Below are positions 63,501-64,000 of a DNA stretch of 64,000 nt, in pieces (the first letter of the stretch is position 1; every line of letters starts with the position of its first letter). Below the pieces are notes generated by a model, which saw nothing but the letters and a program-made list of their open reading frames with translations, searched no databases and was not told the origin of the DNA. The translations under genes and the position numbers were made by a program. The stretch is from Eledone cirrhosa (Eukaryota), in NCBI GenBank assembly GCA_964016885.1, contig OZ024742.1, forward strand, positions 24,490,001 through 24,554,000. The letters run 5' to 3'.

Positions 63501-64000
63501 TGGCCGGTTGCTGTAAGGCTGAAGGTATGAGATGACTGCTGTGGACTGTGGCCTACTGCTGTAAGGCTGAAGGTATGAGATGACTGCTGTGGATTGTGGC
63601 CTGTTACTTGAAGGTAGGAGATGACTGCTGTGGATTGTGGCCTGTTGCTGTAAGGCTGAAGGTATGAGAAGACTGCTGTGGATTGTGGCCTGTTGCTGTA
63701 AGACTGAAGGTATGAGATGACTGCTGTGGATTGTAGCCTGCTGTTGTAAGGCTGAAGGTATGAGATAACTGCTGTGGATTGTGGCCTGCTGTTGTAAGGC
63801 TGAAGGTATGAGATCACTGCTGTGGATTGTGGCCTGTTGCTGGAAGGCTGAAGGTATAAGATGACTGCTGTGGACTGTGGCCTGTTGCTGTGAGGCTGAA
63901 ACTATGAGATGAGTGCTGTGGATTGTGGCCTGTTGCTGTAAGGCTGAAGGAAGGAGATGACTGCTGTGGATTGAGGCTTGTTGCTGTAAGACTGAAGGTA
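45500..64000. repeat. Diverged domain of the same 48-bp repeat with additional cassette types and dispersed, imperfect block duplications
   Basis: Cassettes CTGTTGCTGTGT, CTGTTGCTGAGT, CTGTTGCTGTGA and CTGTTGCTTAGT appear from ~45.5 kb. Block offsets are 2348 (46075/48423), 4511 (52517/57028, 52923/57434), 2791 (61026/63817) and 756 (61688/62444). Confidence 0.9.

Larger units (their letters stand above)
1..64000. repeat. 48-bp tandem repeat (satellite / very large minisatellite) array, ~1,330 monomers, single orientation, extends beyond both window ends
   Basis: The core GGCTGAAGGTATGAGATGACTGCTGTGGATTGTGGC recurs every 48 bp (starts at 13, 61, 109, ...), each followed by a 12-bp cassette. 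All ORF translations have 16-aa periodicity. No non-repeat sequence was seen. Confidence 0.99.

Noticed and set aside
1008-63817. Long minus-strand ORFs as annotated CDS
   Set aside because: They overlap in all three frames and start and stop at sporadic repeat variants. They are an automatic result of a stop-free 48-bp unit and have no unique domain, signal peptide or gene context. The coding idea is kept only as a hypothesis in the findings.
1-64000. CRISPR array (36-bp constant repeat plus variable spacer)
   Set aside because: The variable part is only 12 bp and consists of a few related alleles, not unique spacers. There is no leader or cas gene and no obvious palindrome in the core.
1-64000. 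Telomeric repeat or canonical G-quadruplex array
   Set aside because: One strand is G/T-rich, but there is no TTAGGG-like short unit and the consensus has only GG doublets, with no GGG tracts.
1-64000. CAG/CAA triplet expansion (polyQ) locus
   Set aside because: The triplet tract is fixed at three units, occasionally two; no expanded tract was seen.
1-64000. Embedded transposon, inversion or unique insert
   Set aside because: Reading through, every line conforms to the monomer in the same orientation. A very short insert could have been missed by eye.

Overview
All 64 kb is one uninterrupted head-to-tail tandem array of a 48-bp monomer (about 1,330 copies by length/48), running off both ends. 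The monomer is a near-invariant 36-bp core (GGCTGAAGGTATGAGATGACTGCTGTGGATTGTGGC) plus a 12-bp variable cassette, mainly A=TTGTTGTTGTGA, B=CTGCTGCTGTAA or C=CTGTTGCTGTAA. I see no unique sequence, RNA gene, transposon, CRISPR array or credible conventional gene, and no change of orientation. The array is layered. A highly homogeneous domain (1 to ~40.1 kb) is built of nested higher-order repeats (767 bp, ~1.4 kb, 5179, ~5508 and ~8575-8671 bp). A transition zone (~40.1-45.5 kb) is followed by a more diverged domain with extra cassette types and indels. The listed ORFs arise because the consensus minus strand is stop-free in all three frames. The most curious signal is that the commonest variation is synonymous in one minus-strand frame (ATIHSSHLIPSA[L/S/T]QQQ). 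It is most likely a eukaryotic satellite or very large minisatellite; I do not recognise the family or organism. All offsets were read by eye or taken from the ORF track, not computed by alignment.
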